Positions 28,846 through 38,862 of a DNA stretch of 64,000 nucleotides are shown in pieces; within the stretch, counting starts at the first letter, position 1, and each line of letters starts with the position of its first letter. Made by a program: the position numbers and the translations under genes. The notes beneath the pieces were generated by a model. It ran no database searches and had not been told where the DNA came from. It saw nothing but the letters and a program-made list of their open reading frames with translations. Source of the stretch: an uncultured bacterium (GTDB lineage Bacteria; Oederibacteriota; JAAXVQ01; JAUVAV01); assembly GCA_963710755.1 (NCBI GenBank), contig CAVQBK010000003.1, positions 821,211 through 885,210 of the forward strand. Reading direction: 5' to 3'.

Positions 28846-30257
28846 TGAACCAAGACTCAATGCAAAGTTTAAAGCAGGGTAATCTAACCCCCCGGGAAAT
28901 TGTGAAAGAACTGGACAAATATATTATTGGCCAGCATCAGGCCAAGCGCATTGTGGCCATTGCCCTGCGCAACCGCCTGCGGCGTCGGCTATTGCCCGAG
29001 CTTATGCGCCAGGAAGTATCGCCGAAAAATATTATTTTGATCGGCCCCACCGGCGTGGGCAAGACCGAAATTGCCCGCCGGTTGGCGGCGCTGAGCAATG
29101 CGCCTTTTATCAAAGTGGAAGCTTCCAAATACACGGAAGTGGGGTATGTAGGCCGGGATGTAGAATCCATGATACGCGATCTGGTGCAGCAAGCCGTCAA
29201 TATGGTGCGCGAGGAACGCTTCAGTCAGGTGCGGGAAAAAGTGGAAGCTACAGTCACCGATCGGCTGGTGGATCTGCTTGTGCCGGAGGTGTATTCCAAA
29301 CCTGCGGGGTTTGTGGCCGCCCCGCCTGCTCAGGAAGAAGAGCAACAACGCCGGCAACGGCTGCAGGAAGCGCGTGTCAAGGTACGCCAGCAATTACTCA
29401 ACCATGAACTGGATCAGGAAATGGTGGAGATGGAAATCAAGGAAAGCGCTATGCCCATGTTAGAAATTTTTTCCGGCAACAATATGGAGGAACTGGGTAT
29501 GAATATTCAGGACATGATTCAGAATATCATGCCCGGCGGCATGGGGAGCGGAGCCGGGAAAAAGCGCAAGATCAAGGTGGAAGAAGCACGACGCCTGCTT
29601 ATCCAGGAAGAGTCCAACCGTCAGGTGGACATGGGAGAAATTAAAAAGGAAGCCGTCCGCCGGACTGAAGAAATGGGCATTGTCTTTATTGACGAAATCG
29701 ACAAGGTGGCGGGACGGGAACAGATGAAAGGTCCCGATGTTTCCCGGGAAGGGGTGCAGCGTGACCTGCTGCCCATTGTGGAAGGTACCACGGTCAACAC
29801 CCGCAATGGGGAAGTCAAGACCCATCACATTCTGTTTATTGCCGCCGGTGCTTTTCATGTTTCCAAACCGGCTGATCTGATTCCCGAGATGCAGGGCCGC
29901 TTTCCTTTGCGGGCAGAGCTGACTTCCCTGCAGGTGGAAGATTTCGAGCGAATCCTGACCGAGCCACGACAGGCCCTGACCAAGCAATATAAGGCTTTGC
30001 TGGAAACAGAGGATATCAAGCTTGACTTTACCCCGGAAGCCATCAAACGCATGGCCGAGGTGGCCTTCCAGGCTAATGAAATGACCGAAGACATCGGGGC
30101 CAGGCGCCTGCATACGGTAATCGAACGGATACTTGAGGACGTCAGTTTCAATGCCTCTGAAATGCCCGGCAATACGGTCACCATCACCCCGGCCTATGTG
30201 GATGAGCGCATTGGGGATCTGCTCAAAGAGCAGGATCTGAGCCGGTATATTTTGTGA
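28842..30257 (+). CDS. hslU: ATP-dependent protease ATPase subunit HslU (ClpY)
   Basis: Walker A '[15 protein letters not shown]', an I-domain insertion, and '[10 protein letters not shown]'. ATGA overlap with hslV. Confidence 0.95.
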   Translation: MMNQDSMQSLKQGNLTPREIVKELDKYIIGQHQAKRIVAIALRNRLRRRLLPELMRQEVSPKNIILIGPTGVGKTEIARRLAALSNAPFIKVEASKYTEVGYVGRDVESMIRDLVQQAVNMVREERFSQVREKVEATVTDRLVDLLVPEVYSKPAGFVAAPPAQEEEQQRRQRLQEARVKVRQQLLNHELDQEMVEMEIKESAMPMLEIFSGNNMEELGMNIQDMIQNIMPGGMGSGAGKKRKIKVEEARRLLIQEESNRQVDMGEIKKEAVRRTEEMGIVFIDEIDKVAGREQMKGPDVSREGVQRDLLPIVEGTTVNTRNGEVKTHHILFIAAGAFHVSKPADLIPEMQGRFPLRAELTSLQVEDFERILTEPRQALTKQYKALLETEDIKLDFTPEAIKRMAEVAFQANEMTEDIGARRLHTVIERILEDVSFNASEMPGNTVTITPAYVDERIGDLLKEQDLSRYIL

Positions 30258-30309
30258 GCACCGAGCCTTTCTTGGAACGGCCGGGCGCATGACCTCCTGG
30301 TATGGCCTT

Positions 30310-30333
30310 CGCGGCCGGCCGCGTATTTTTCTT
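30310..30333 (+). terminator. Possible intrinsic terminator after hslVU
   Basis: GC palindrome CGCGGCCGGCCGCG at 30310-30323 followed by TATTTTTCTTC. The stem is short (5 bp around a CCGG loop), so confidence is low. Confidence 0.35.
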
Positions 30334-30397
30334 CAAAGCTAAATTAAACGTCTTGGTCGAGTCCCAAAGAACAACTAAGGTGATTGAGGTGACGGTG

Positions 30398-31273
30398 GTG
30401 GAAGCATTAATTAATAAAGCCAAAGTATTAATTGAAGCCTTGCCGTACATTAAATCCTTCTGGGGCAAAACGGTGGTGATTAAATACGGCGGCAGTGCCA
30501 TGACCGATGAAACCCTGCAGGATGAAGTCATGCAGGATCTGGTGCTGATGAAATACGTGGGCATGAATCCGGTGGTGGTCCATGGCGGTGGTCCGGAGAT
30601 TACCAAAACCATGGAAGCCATGGGCAAACCGGTGCAATTTATTGAAGGCCGACGCGTGACCGATGCGGCCAGCATGGAGATCATTGAAATGGTGCTGGTC
30701 GGGAAACTGAATCAGCGCATCGTGGCCCGTATCAATCAACATGGGGGCTGGGCCGTGGGGTTGTCGGGCAAAGACGGCGGCCTGCTTAAATCAGAAAAAA
30801 TGCGCAGCCCTGGTCCGGATATGGGCTTTGTCGGTGAAGTGGTGGAAGTCAATCCGGAGATCATCCGCACCTTGGACCGGGAACAATTTATCCCCGTGAT
30901 CGCACCGGTGGGTGTAGACAGCCAAGGCCAGGCCTACAATAATAATGCCGATGATGTGGCCTCGGCCATTGCCGTGGCCCTGAAAGCGGATAAATTGGTA
31001 CTGCTCACCGACGTACCGGGTATCATGCGTGATCCCAGCGACCGTGGCAGTTTGATCTCAACGGTGAGCACCAATGAAATCACCACCCTGATTGATGAGG
31101 GTGTGATCAAAGGGGGCATGCTGCCCAAAGTCCGGGCTTGCGAACGGGCTTTGAAGGCCGGGGTGGGCAAAACCCATATTATTGACGGCAGGGTGTCCCA
31201 CGCTTTATTGCTGGAAATTTTTACGGACCAGGGCATTGGCACGGAGATGGTCCGTTGTCTCAACGAAGCATGA
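30398..31273 (+). CDS. argB: Acetylglutamate kinase ArgB
   Basis: 'LIEALPYIKSFWGKTVVIKYGGSAM' and 'VVVHGGGPEI' motifs. GTG at 30398 follows a GAGGTGA ribosome-binding site. The 6-frame ORF extends to 30302, but that N-terminal extension is not ArgB-like. Confidence 0.85.
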   Translation: MEALINKAKVLIEALPYIKSFWGKTVVIKYGGSAMTDETLQDEVMQDLVLMKYVGMNPVVVHGGGPEITKTMEAMGKPVQFIEGRRVTDAASMEIIEMVLVGKLNQRIVARINQHGGWAVGLSGKDGGLLKSEKMRSPGPDMGFVGEVVEVNPEIIRTLDREQFIPVIAPVGVDSQGQAYNNNADDVASAIAVALKADKLVLLTDVPGIMRDPSDRGSLISTVSTNEITTLIDEGVIKGGMLPKVRACERALKAGVGKTHIIDGRVSHALLLEIFTDQGIGTEMVRCLNEA

Positions 31274-31381
31274 ATTACCTCGCTTAAATGGAATAACCAC
31301 AGGAGTAAAAAAAATTTGCTTCTGGGTAGAGCATTGGCGCTAACGGAACTAAAGGAGAGAGTCGTGACGAAAAAGGAGATC

Positions 31382-32563
31382 ATGCAAACCGAAGCTGCGG
31401 TGATCGCCCGCACCTTCAACCGTTATCCCGTGGTATTCCAGAAAGGTGAAGGCAGCCTGTTGTGGGATAGTGAAGGCAAAGAGTACCTGGACTTTTTTTC
31501 AGGGCATGCGGTCATGAGCCTGGGCTACCATCATCCCGAGCAGATGAAAGCTATGCAGCAACAATTGAAACAACTGGTGCATACGGGCAATTTGTATTAT
31601 CTGGAACCGCAGGTGGAATTGGCGCGCTTGTTGGTGGAACACAGCTTTGGGGATAAAGTGTTTTTTTCCAACAGCGGCGCCGAAATTGTGGAATTGGGCA
31701 TCAAGGTGGCGCGCAAATGGGCCCGTCAACAGAATCCCCGGGAAAACCGGTTCGAACTGTTGACGGTAAGGGGTTCTTTTCACGGCCGCACCTATGGCGC
31801 CATTAGCGCCAGCGGGCAGGATAAACTGCATGCCGGCATGGAACCGTTGTTGCCGGGGTTTAAATATGTTTTTCGCAATGATTTCACCTCGGTGGCCTCG
31901 GCCATTACCAATAAAACCTGTGCGGTGATGGTGGAGCCGGTGCAAGGTGAGGGTGGCATTCATCCCAGCCAGAAAGCGTATCTGGAAAAATTAAGGGATT
32001 TGTGTGACCGTAACCAGCTGCTGCTCATCTTCGATGAAATACAATGCGGCCTGGGGCGCAGCGGCCAGGTGCATGCTTATGAGCATTATGGCGTGGTACC
32101 TGATATCCTGCTGCTGGCCAAACCCTTGGGCGGAGGCTTGCCCATTTCCGCCTTGGTGACCACGGCTACTATTGCCGGGGCCATGCAGGTGGGTGATCAT
32201 GGCAGTACTTTTGGCGGCAATCCCGTGGCTGCGGCCGCGGGCGTCGTCCTGCTGCAACAGCTGATCAAACCGGGATTTTTAAAGCAGGTGCAGGCCAAGG
32301 CCAAACAGATGGAGGAGCAGTTAAACACACTGGCCCACAAACATGCCGATTTGGTGACCGAAGTGCGCGGCCTGGGCCTGATGTGGGGCATGGAGGTTAA
32401 GGAGCATGGACCGGCTATGGTGCAAAAGGCCCTGGAGGCGGGTTTGGTTATTAATTGCACGGCTGGGCAAGTGTTGCGCTTTTTACCGGCTCTGACGGTC
32501 AGTGAGCAGCAGATCGACGAGATGATTAAAATTTTGGATAAAGTCCTGAAGCATTTCAAATAG
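31382..32563 (+). CDS. argD: Acetylornithine aminotransferase ArgD
   Basis: Class-III aminotransferase motifs 'FSNSGAE', 'DEIQCGLGRSG' and the PLP-lysine region 'LLAKPLGGGLP'. ATG after an AAGGAG ribosome-binding site; a GTG at 31364 is an alternative start. Confidence 0.85.
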   Translation: MQTEAAVIARTFNRYPVVFQKGEGSLLWDSEGKEYLDFFSGHAVMSLGYHHPEQMKAMQQQLKQLVHTGNLYYLEPQVELARLLVEHSFGDKVFFSNSGAEIVELGIKVARKWARQQNPRENRFELLTVRGSFHGRTYGAISASGQDKLHAGMEPLLPGFKYVFRNDFTSVASAITNKTCAVMVEPVQGEGGIHPSQKAYLEKLRDLCDRNQLLLIFDEIQCGLGRSGQVHAYEHYGVVPDILLLAKPLGGGLPISALVTTATIAGAMQVGDHGSTFGGNPVAAAAGVVLLQQLIKPGFLKQVQAKAKQMEEQLNTLAHKHADLVTEVRGLGLMWGMEVKEHGPAMVQKALEAGLVINCTAGQVLRFLPALTVSEQQIDEMIKILDKVLKHFK

Positions 32564-32597
32564 ATTGCCAGGTTAATGTTACTTTTGGAGGAGTAAG

Positions 32598-33578
32598 ATG
32601 AGTGTAACAAAAAAAAGTACTAAAAAAACAACCAAACCGGCCGGGAAAAAATTGAACGTTGACAGTCTCCTGACCGTTGCCCAACTCTCCCACCGGGATG
32701 TGGAGTTAATTTTAAAAACCGCCCTCGACTTAAAGGCCGCCCACCGCAAAGGCAAGAACGAACCAATATTGCAAGGCAAAATTCTGGCCGCTATTTTTGA
32801 TAAAAGCTCCACCCGCACCCGCGTTTCCTTTGATGTTGCCATGTCGCAATTGGGCGGGCGCATGCTCTATATGTCGGGCAAGGAGATGCAGCTGGACCGG
32901 GGCGAGAGTATTGCCGATACGGCCAAAGTCCTGTCCCGCTATGTGGACGGCATTGTCATCCGCACCGACATCCATCGTAAGATTGTGGATATGGCCAAAG
33001 CTTCTCAAGTGCCCGTGATCAATGCCCTGACCGATTATGCCCATCCTTGCCAGGCCCTGGCTGATTGTTTGACCATCAAGGAGAAATTCGGAAAATTAAA
33101 GGGTCTGTCTTTAGCCTATGTAGGCGACAGCAACAACGTGGCCCGGTCCCTGATTTTCGCGGCCGCCAAGACCGGTCTCTCGCTGCATATCGCGTCACCC
33201 CTGGGCTATGAAATGGATAAACACACCATCGAGGTCAGCGAGCAAGACCGCCGTCAAAGCGGCGGAGACTTGTTTTTAAGTATGGATCCCGGACGGGCCG
33301 TGCGTGATGCCCAGGTGGTATACACCGACGTATGGGTTTCCATGGGCCAGGAAAAAGAACAAGCTCAGCGTCTGCGGGCCCTTAAAAAATATCAAGTCAA
33401 TGAAAAATTGATGAGCCAGGCGGCATCCAACGCCGTGTTTATGCACTGCCTGCCCGCACATCGCGGTCAGGAAGTGTCGGACGCTGTCATGGACGGTCCG
33501 CAATCGATTGTGTTTGATCAGGCGGAAAACCGCTTGCATGTGCAAAAAGCCATCCTGGCGTTGATGTTGAAATCCTAA
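32598..33578 (+). CDS. argF: Ornithine carbamoyltransferase ArgF
   Basis: 'STRTRVSFDVAM' carbamoyl-phosphate motif and 'HCLPAHRGQEV'. GGAGGAG ribosome-binding site. Carries an unusual Lys-rich ~17-aa N-terminal extension. Confidence 0.9.
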   Translation: MSVTKKSTKKTTKPAGKKLNVDSLLTVAQLSHRDVELILKTALDLKAAHRKGKNEPILQGKILAAIFDKSSTRTRVSFDVAMSQLGGRMLYMSGKEMQLDRGESIADTAKVLSRYVDGIVIRTDIHRKIVDMAKASQVPVINALTDYAHPCQALADCLTIKEKFGKLKGLSLAYVGDSNNVARSLIFAAAKTGLSLHIASPLGYEMDKHTIEVSEQDRRQSGGDLFLSMDPGRAVRDAQVVYTDVWVSMGQEKEQAQRLRALKKYQVNEKLMSQAASNAVFMHCLPAHRGQEVSDAVMDGPQSIVFDQAENRLHVQKAILALMLKS

Positions 33579-33793
33579 GCCCACCAAGGCGGAATAAAAG
33601 ATTTATCCCAAACCAAGTCGCAAAGGACGCCAAGCCGGGGTTTAACATCCCCCTTCGTTTAAATTTTGGAGGACACAAGTGCAGAGCCGCTGCAGACGAT
33701 AGCTTGGTTGCTCTGCGTTGCCCCTTGGTGTTTTTTGCCTGTGCAGGGGCGGGCATGCCGCGCCCCTGCAACGATAATAAAACAGGAAAGCCT

Positions 33794-34525
33794 ATGGCCA
33801 AAACAACAGCACCCAATCCGCTCGGAGCAGACAGGGCACAACCCACCTTGTCGATTGTCATGCCGGTTTATAATGAAGAGGCCACCCTTGAGGAAATCAT
33901 GGCCCGCATTCGCCGGGTGCCCATGGCCAAGGAGATTATCGCCGTAGACGATGCCTCTACTGACCGCTCCGCGGAAATATTGGCCAACCTGGCCGGCCCT
34001 GACCTCAAAGTGATCCGGTTTGCCCGCAACCAGGGCAAAGGCGCAGCCCTGCATGAAGCCATCCGGCAGGCGCGCAACGATGTGATTATCATTCAGGATG
34101 CGGATTTGGAATACGATCCCGGGGATTATCCCGAACTGGTGGCGCCCATCGCCCTGGGGGTGGCGGATGTGGTTTATGGCAGCCGCTTTGTCACCGCCAA
34201 AGCCAGGCGTATTCATTTTTTCTGGCATTATGTGGCCAACCAAATGTTGACCACTTTATGCAACATGTTCGCCAACCTAAATCTGACGGATATGGAAACC
34301 TGCTACAAAGCGTTTAAGCGGGAACGACTGCAGGCAGTGGTCCTGAAGGAAAAACGGTTTGGCTTCGAACCGGAGGTTACCCTGAAAATGGCAAGACTGG
34401 GCTTCTGCTTTTATGAAGTCGGCATTGCTTATTATGGCCGTACTTACAAGGAAGGCAAGAAAATAGGGTTCAAGGATGCCTTGCGGGCTGTTTACTGTAT
34501 CTTAAAATATGGGTTATTCCGATAA
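33794..34525 (+). CDS. Family-2 glycosyltransferase, soluble DPM1/ArnC-like polyprenyl-phosphate sugar synthase type
   Basis: 'LSIVMPVYNEE', 'DDASTDRS', 'IQDADLEYDP'. ~60% identical to the CDS at 62068-62769, with the same C-terminus (YCILKYGLF). Inserted between argF and argG. An AGGAAAG ribosome-binding site precedes the ATG at 33794. Confidence 0.8.
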   Translation: MAKTTAPNPLGADRAQPTLSIVMPVYNEEATLEEIMARIRRVPMAKEIIAVDDASTDRSAEILANLAGPDLKVIRFARNQGKGAALHEAIRQARNDVIIIQDADLEYDPGDYPELVAPIALGVADVVYGSRFVTAKARRIHFFWHYVANQMLTTLCNMFANLNLTDMETCYKAFKRERLQAVVLKEKRFGFEPEVTLKMARLGFCFYEVGIAYYGRTYKEGKKIGFKDALRAVYCILKYGLFR

Positions 34526-34592
34526 ACCCGGGCATCAACCTAAATCGGCGATGCTGGATATTAAGATCGGAACGGGTGAAGCTTTTCGTCCA

Positions 34593-34625
34593 GCCTTGGG
34601 GCGGGTTTCAAACCCGCCCCAAGGC
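34593..34625 (+). other. Perfect 13-bp GC-rich hairpin (GCCTTGGGGCGGG-N7-CCCGCCCCAAGGC) with no U-tract
   Basis: Seen directly in the GT2-argG intergenic region. No T-run follows on either strand. Confidence 0.6.
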
Positions 34626-34706
34626 TGCCGGATCCAACAAGGGGTGCCTTATTAACCCGAAAAACGCAAATCTTGTAGGCATAGAATCCAATAAAGGAGC
34701 ACTCTC

Positions 34707-35933
34707 ATGAGCATAAAAAAAATCGTTTTAGCCTATTCTGGCGGACTGGACACTTCGGTGATTATCCCCTGGCTTAAGGATCAATACCAATGCGAGGTCA
34801 TTGCCTGTGCAGCGGATGTGGGGCAGGAGGAAGAATTAAAAGGTCTGCCGGCCAAAGCCAAAAAAACCGGAGCCTCCAAATGTTATGTACTCGATCTCAA
34901 GAAAGAATTTGCGGAAGAGTATCTCTTGCCCCTGATCAAATCGGGTGCGATCTATGAAAACAAGTATTTACTGGGTACGTCCATTGCCCGGCCGGTGATT
35001 GCCAAACACCAGGTGGCCGTGGCCTTGAAAGAAGGCGCTGATGCCGTGGCCCATGGCTGCACAGGCAAGGGCAATGATCAGGTCCGGTTTGAATTGACCT
35101 ATCAGGCCTTGGCCCCCCAGCTCAAAGTGGTGGCACCCTGGCGTGATGCCCGTTGGACCATCCGGTCGCGGGAAGACGCTATCGCCTATGCCAAGAAAAA
35201 AAAGATTCCCATCTCTCAAAGTTTGAAGAAAATCTACAGCCGCGATCGCAACCTCTGGCACATCTCTCATGAGGGCGCGGAATTGGAAAATCCCTGGCTG
35301 GAACCCAAAAAAGAAGTATGGATGCTGACTCAGGATCCACAAAAAGCGCCCAATCAACCGGAGACCATTACCATTGGTTTTCAGGCCGGCAAACCGGTGA
35401 GTTTAAATGGCCGGGCCATGGGCCTGGTCAGCTTGATTCAAGCCTTGAACCGCTTGGCGGGCAAGCATGGTGTGGGGCGTACCGATCTGGTGGAGAACCG
35501 TTTGGTGGGCATGAAATCGCGCGGGGCTTATGAGACACCGGGCGGCACGGTGCTGGTGGCAGCTACCCATGAGTTGTGCAGTCTGGTGCTGGACCGCGAC
35601 AGCATGCGCCAGCGTCAGCAGTTGGCCTTGACCTATGCTGATCTGGTGTACAACGGCCAATGGTTTACACCACTGCGTGAAGCCATCGATGCTTTCATGA
35701 ACACGTTGCTGTCCGATGTCACCGGTGAAGTACGAATGAAATTATTCAAGGGACAGGTTATGGCTGTGGGGCGCAAGTCTCCCTACTCCTTGTTCTCCGA
35801 AGCCTTGGCCACCTTTGGCGCGGACGAGGTGTATCGCCAAGCCGATGCTACCGGATTCATTACGCTACTAGGCCTGCCCCTGCGCGTACGGGCCGGCCTG
35901 AAAAAAGCTGTGCCTAAAAAAAGAAAGAAATAA
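34707..35933 (+). CDS. argG: Argininosuccinate synthase ArgG
   Basis: PP-loop '[12 protein letters not shown]' and ~405 aa length. AAAGGAG ribosome-binding site. Confidence 0.95.
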   Translation: MSIKKIVLAYSGGLDTSVIIPWLKDQYQCEVIACAADVGQEEELKGLPAKAKKTGASKCYVLDLKKEFAEEYLLPLIKSGAIYENKYLLGTSIARPVIAKHQVAVALKEGADAVAHGCTGKGNDQVRFELTYQALAPQLKVVAPWRDARWTIRSREDAIAYAKKKKIPISQSLKKIYSRDRNLWHISHEGAELENPWLEPKKEVWMLTQDPQKAPNQPETITIGFQAGKPVSLNGRAMGLVSLIQALNRLAGKHGVGRTDLVENRLVGMKSRGAYETPGGTVLVAATHELCSLVLDRDSMRQRQQLALTYADLVYNGQWFTPLREAIDAFMNTLLSDVTGEVRMKLFKGQVMAVGRKSPYSLFSEALATFGADEVYRQADATGFITLLGLPLRVRAGLKKAVPKKRKK

Positions 35934-36020
35934 TCGGGGTAGGGCCTAATCGTGCAGGGAACAGTCGCGACCATTCCCTGCAGCGGCACCTTATAGTTCA
36001 CATCAAGGGATGGTGATCCA

Positions 36021-37442
36021 ATGACACGCTCTTCTAAAAGCAAAGCACCGCGCAAAGCCTGGGCCGGCCGTTTTACCAAGGGGCCTGATCCCAGGGCAGA
36101 AGCTTTTAGCGCCTCCTGTGCGGTAGACCTGCGGTTGTTGCCTTACGACGTTATGGGAAGCAAGGCTCATGCTCGAATGCTGGCTGCCCAGGGCATCATT
36201 ACCGCCAAAGAAGGCCGGACTTTGGAAAAAGGCCTCGATCAGATTTACCAGGCCTGGCTGCAAGGTAAAGTGATGCAAAAAGTCCAGGATGAAGATGTCC
36301 ACATGCTGGTGGAGCGCCTGCTCTATGACTTGGTCGGTCCGGTGGCCGGGAAGTTGCATACCGGCCGTTCCCGCAATGATCAAGTCATCACGGATTTCAA
36401 ACTCTATCTGCGGGTGGAAGTAGCGGTGGTGCGGCGTGCTTTGCAGCAGGTGCAGAAATCCTTGCTTCAACTGGCCCAGTCTCATGCGGATTGCATCATG
36501 CCCGGATATACCCATCTGCAAATTGCTCAGCCCGTTCTGGTCAGTCACTGGCTGCTGGCTCACCTGGAAGCATTTTACCGTGACGAAAAACGCTTTGAAA
36601 GTCTGCTGGAAGGCGGCCTGGATGAAAGTCCCCTGGGTGCAGCGGCCTTGGCCGGCACCAGTCATCCTATTGACCGCGCCATGACGGCTGCCTTGTTGGG
36701 GTTTGGCAGTGTCACTGCCAATTCCATGGATACGGTTGCTGATCGTGACTATGCCCTGGAATTTTTAAGTGCAGCCTCCATCTGCGGGGTGCATCTTTCC
36801 CGTCTGGCCGAGGAGCTGGTGCTTTATTCTTCTTCGGAGTTTAAATTTTTAAGCATGGACCAAGGCTTCTCTACCGGCTCATCCATCATGCCCCAAAAAC
36901 GCAATCCTGATATTGCCGAGCTCATCCGGGGCAGGGTAGGCCGGTTAAATGGCAACCTGTTGGCCTTGTTGACGGTCATGAAAGGTCTGCCTTTGACCTA
37001 TAACCGCGACCTGCAGGAGGACAAAGAGCCGGTTTTTGCCAGTGCCGACAATTTGGTGGAATGTTTGACCGTATTGGCGCCCATGCTGGAAGGCCTGACG
37101 TTTCACCCGCAGCGCATGGAACAAGCCTGTCAGCAAGGGTTTCCCACTGCCACGGAAGCTGCTGATCATTTGGTGCGCCAAGGCTTGCCTTTCCGGGAAG
37201 CCCATGAAGTGATTGGCCGGATTGTCACCCACTGCAGCCGGGAGCAACGCGCGCTGGAAGGGTTAAGCTATGAAGAGTGGAAAGCCTTCCATGCGCTTTT
37301 TAAGCCGTCCATTGTGCAGGACGTGACCTTGCACACCAGTGTGGCGGCCAAAACTTCGGCCGGAGGCACAGCGCCGGCGGAAGTGAACCGGGCAATCAAA
37401 AAACATGCCAGGCGCTTGAACAAATTAGAAATAAAAGATTGA
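36021..37442 (+). CDS. argH: Argininosuccinate lyase ArgH
   Basis: Fumarate-lyase signature 'GSSIMPQKRNPD' and 'WAGRFTKG' N-terminus. Has an ~11-aa Ser/Lys-rich N-terminal extension. Confidence 0.95.
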   Translation: MTRSSKSKAPRKAWAGRFTKGPDPRAEAFSASCAVDLRLLPYDVMGSKAHARMLAAQGIITAKEGRTLEKGLDQIYQAWLQGKVMQKVQDEDVHMLVERLLYDLVGPVAGKLHTGRSRNDQVITDFKLYLRVEVAVVRRALQQVQKSLLQLAQSHADCIMPGYTHLQIAQPVLVSHWLLAHLEAFYRDEKRFESLLEGGLDESPLGAAALAGTSHPIDRAMTAALLGFGSVTANSMDTVADRDYALEFLSAASICGVHLSRLAEELVLYSSSEFKFLSMDQGFSTGSSIMPQKRNPDIAELIRGRVGRLNGNLLALLTVMKGLPLTYNRDLQEDKEPVFASADNLVECLTVLAPMLEGLTFHPQRMEQACQQGFPTATEAADHLVRQGLPFREAHEVIGRIVTHCSREQRALEGLSYEEWKAFHALFKPSIVQDVTLHTSVAAKTSAGGTAPAEVNRAIKKHARRLNKLEIKD

Positions 37443-37561
37443 CACTAAACCAGGCGGGCGGGTAAAATACCTTCCAAATAAATGCTTTTCTGGTATCTTT
37501 CAGGTCCTGCCGATTATATTCATATCCTTTAGATGATTGACAAGGGTTGAGGAGGTTCGTC

Positions 37562-38662
37562 TTGGCACGTGTAGTGTTAAAAAACGTTTGGAAACGCTTT
37601 GGCAGCGTGGAAGCAGTAAAAAATGTCAGTTTAACATGTGAAGACAAGGAGTTTATTGTCCTGGTAGGTCCTTCCGGCTGCGGCAAGTCCACAACGCTTA
37701 GACTGGTAGCTGGTTTGGAAGAAATTTCCGATGGCGAAATTCTTATTGACGACCAAATGGTCAATGATGTGCCGCCCAAGGATCGTGACATTGCCATGGT
37801 CTTTCAAAATTATGCCCTCTATCCGCATATGACAGTGTATGAAAACATGGCCTTTGGGCTGAAACTGAAAAAACTGCCGGCTGATGACATCAAGCAACGG
37901 GTCATGGAAGCTGCCGAAATTCTAAGCATTAAAAACATTCTGGACCGCCGGCCCAAGGAACTTTCCGGTGGCCAGCGCCAGCGCGTGGCCGTAGGCCGGG
38001 CTATTGTTCGCAAACCTAAAGTTTTTTTATTCGACGAACCGCTCTCTAATCTGGATGCCAAACTGCGTGTACAGATGCGCGCTGAGATCAGCAAGCTCCA
38101 TACCCGCCTTCAGGCCACCATGATTTATGTCACCCACGATCAGGTGGAAGCTATGACCATGGGTGACCGAATTGTAGTGATGCGTGACGGATTCATTCAG
38201 CAAATCGCCGATCCCATTACCCTTTATGATCAACCCAACAACCGCTTCGTGGCCGGGTTTATTGGTTCTCCGTCCATGAATTTTATGGAGGGCACCTTGA
38301 TCAAAAAGAAGGACGCCCTTTACTTTTCTGAGGAAAATTTTACGGTTAAAATCCATGATGACCATGTGGCCACACTGGAAGAATTTGTGGGCAAGGACAT
38401 CACTCTGGGTATTCGTCCTGAATACATTTTTGATAAAGTCTACGCCTCTAATGCCTCTCCCGATAACACCATTACAGCCACGGTGGAAGTGGTGGAACCC
38501 ATGGGTGCGGAGGCTTACCTGTATTTGACCACCGGCAAGAGCCCCTTCATCGCCCGCGTGGATTCTTATGAACAGCTGGAAGTCAACCAGGATATTGATC
38601 TGGTATTTGACATGAGCAAAGCTCATTTCTTTGATAAAGAAAATGAGCAAACGATTGTTTGA
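37562..38662 (+). CDS. ABC transporter ATP-binding protein, MalK/MsmX (sugar-importer) type, with no adjacent permease
   Basis: Walker A 'GPSGCGKST', signature 'LSGGQRQRVAVGRA', Walker B 'FLFDEP', and a C-terminal MalK-like regulatory domain. Probable TTG start at 37562, 6 nt after a GAGGAGG ribosome-binding site. Confidence 0.85.
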   Translation: MARVVLKNVWKRFGSVEAVKNVSLTCEDKEFIVLVGPSGCGKSTTLRLVAGLEEISDGEILIDDQMVNDVPPKDRDIAMVFQNYALYPHMTVYENMAFGLKLKKLPADDIKQRVMEAAEILSIKNILDRRPKELSGGQRQRVAVGRAIVRKPKVFLFDEPLSNLDAKLRVQMRAEISKLHTRLQATMIYVTHDQVEAMTMGDRIVVMRDGFIQQIADPITLYDQPNNRFVAGFIGSPSMNFMEGTLIKKKDALYFSEENFTVKIHDDHVATLEEFVGKDITLGIRPEYIFDKVYASNASPDNTITATVEVVEPMGAEAYLYLTTGKSPFIARVDSYEQLEVNQDIDLVFDMSKAHFFDKENEQTIV

Positions 38663-38703
38663 CCCCTGGTTGACAGCAAAGGTTACCAATGGCTAAACGA
38701 CCA

Positions 38704-38738
38704 AGCGGCGTGCCACCATGGGGCACGCCGCTTTTTTT
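38704..38738 (+). terminator. Rho-independent terminator after the ABC ATPase gene
   Basis: 11-bp stem AGCGGCGTGCC / GGCACGCCGCT around a 7-nt loop, followed by TTTTTTT. Confidence 0.8.
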
Positions 38739-38862
38739 ATCCTGGGAATCCAACCGCCCAGCAACTTGCTGCGGGAATAGGTGTATTGACCAACAAGCTG
38801 TTTCCTCCGCCCCGAACAAAAGGACGCGCCGCCAACAAGCTGGCTTTTTACCCTGGCTGACG

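Noticed and set aside
34600-34625. 'GGGTTTCAAACCCGCC' resembling a tRNA T-arm
   Set aside because: It is part of a simple perfect hairpin. There is no acceptor, D or anticodon arm context. No tRNA was found anywhere in the window.
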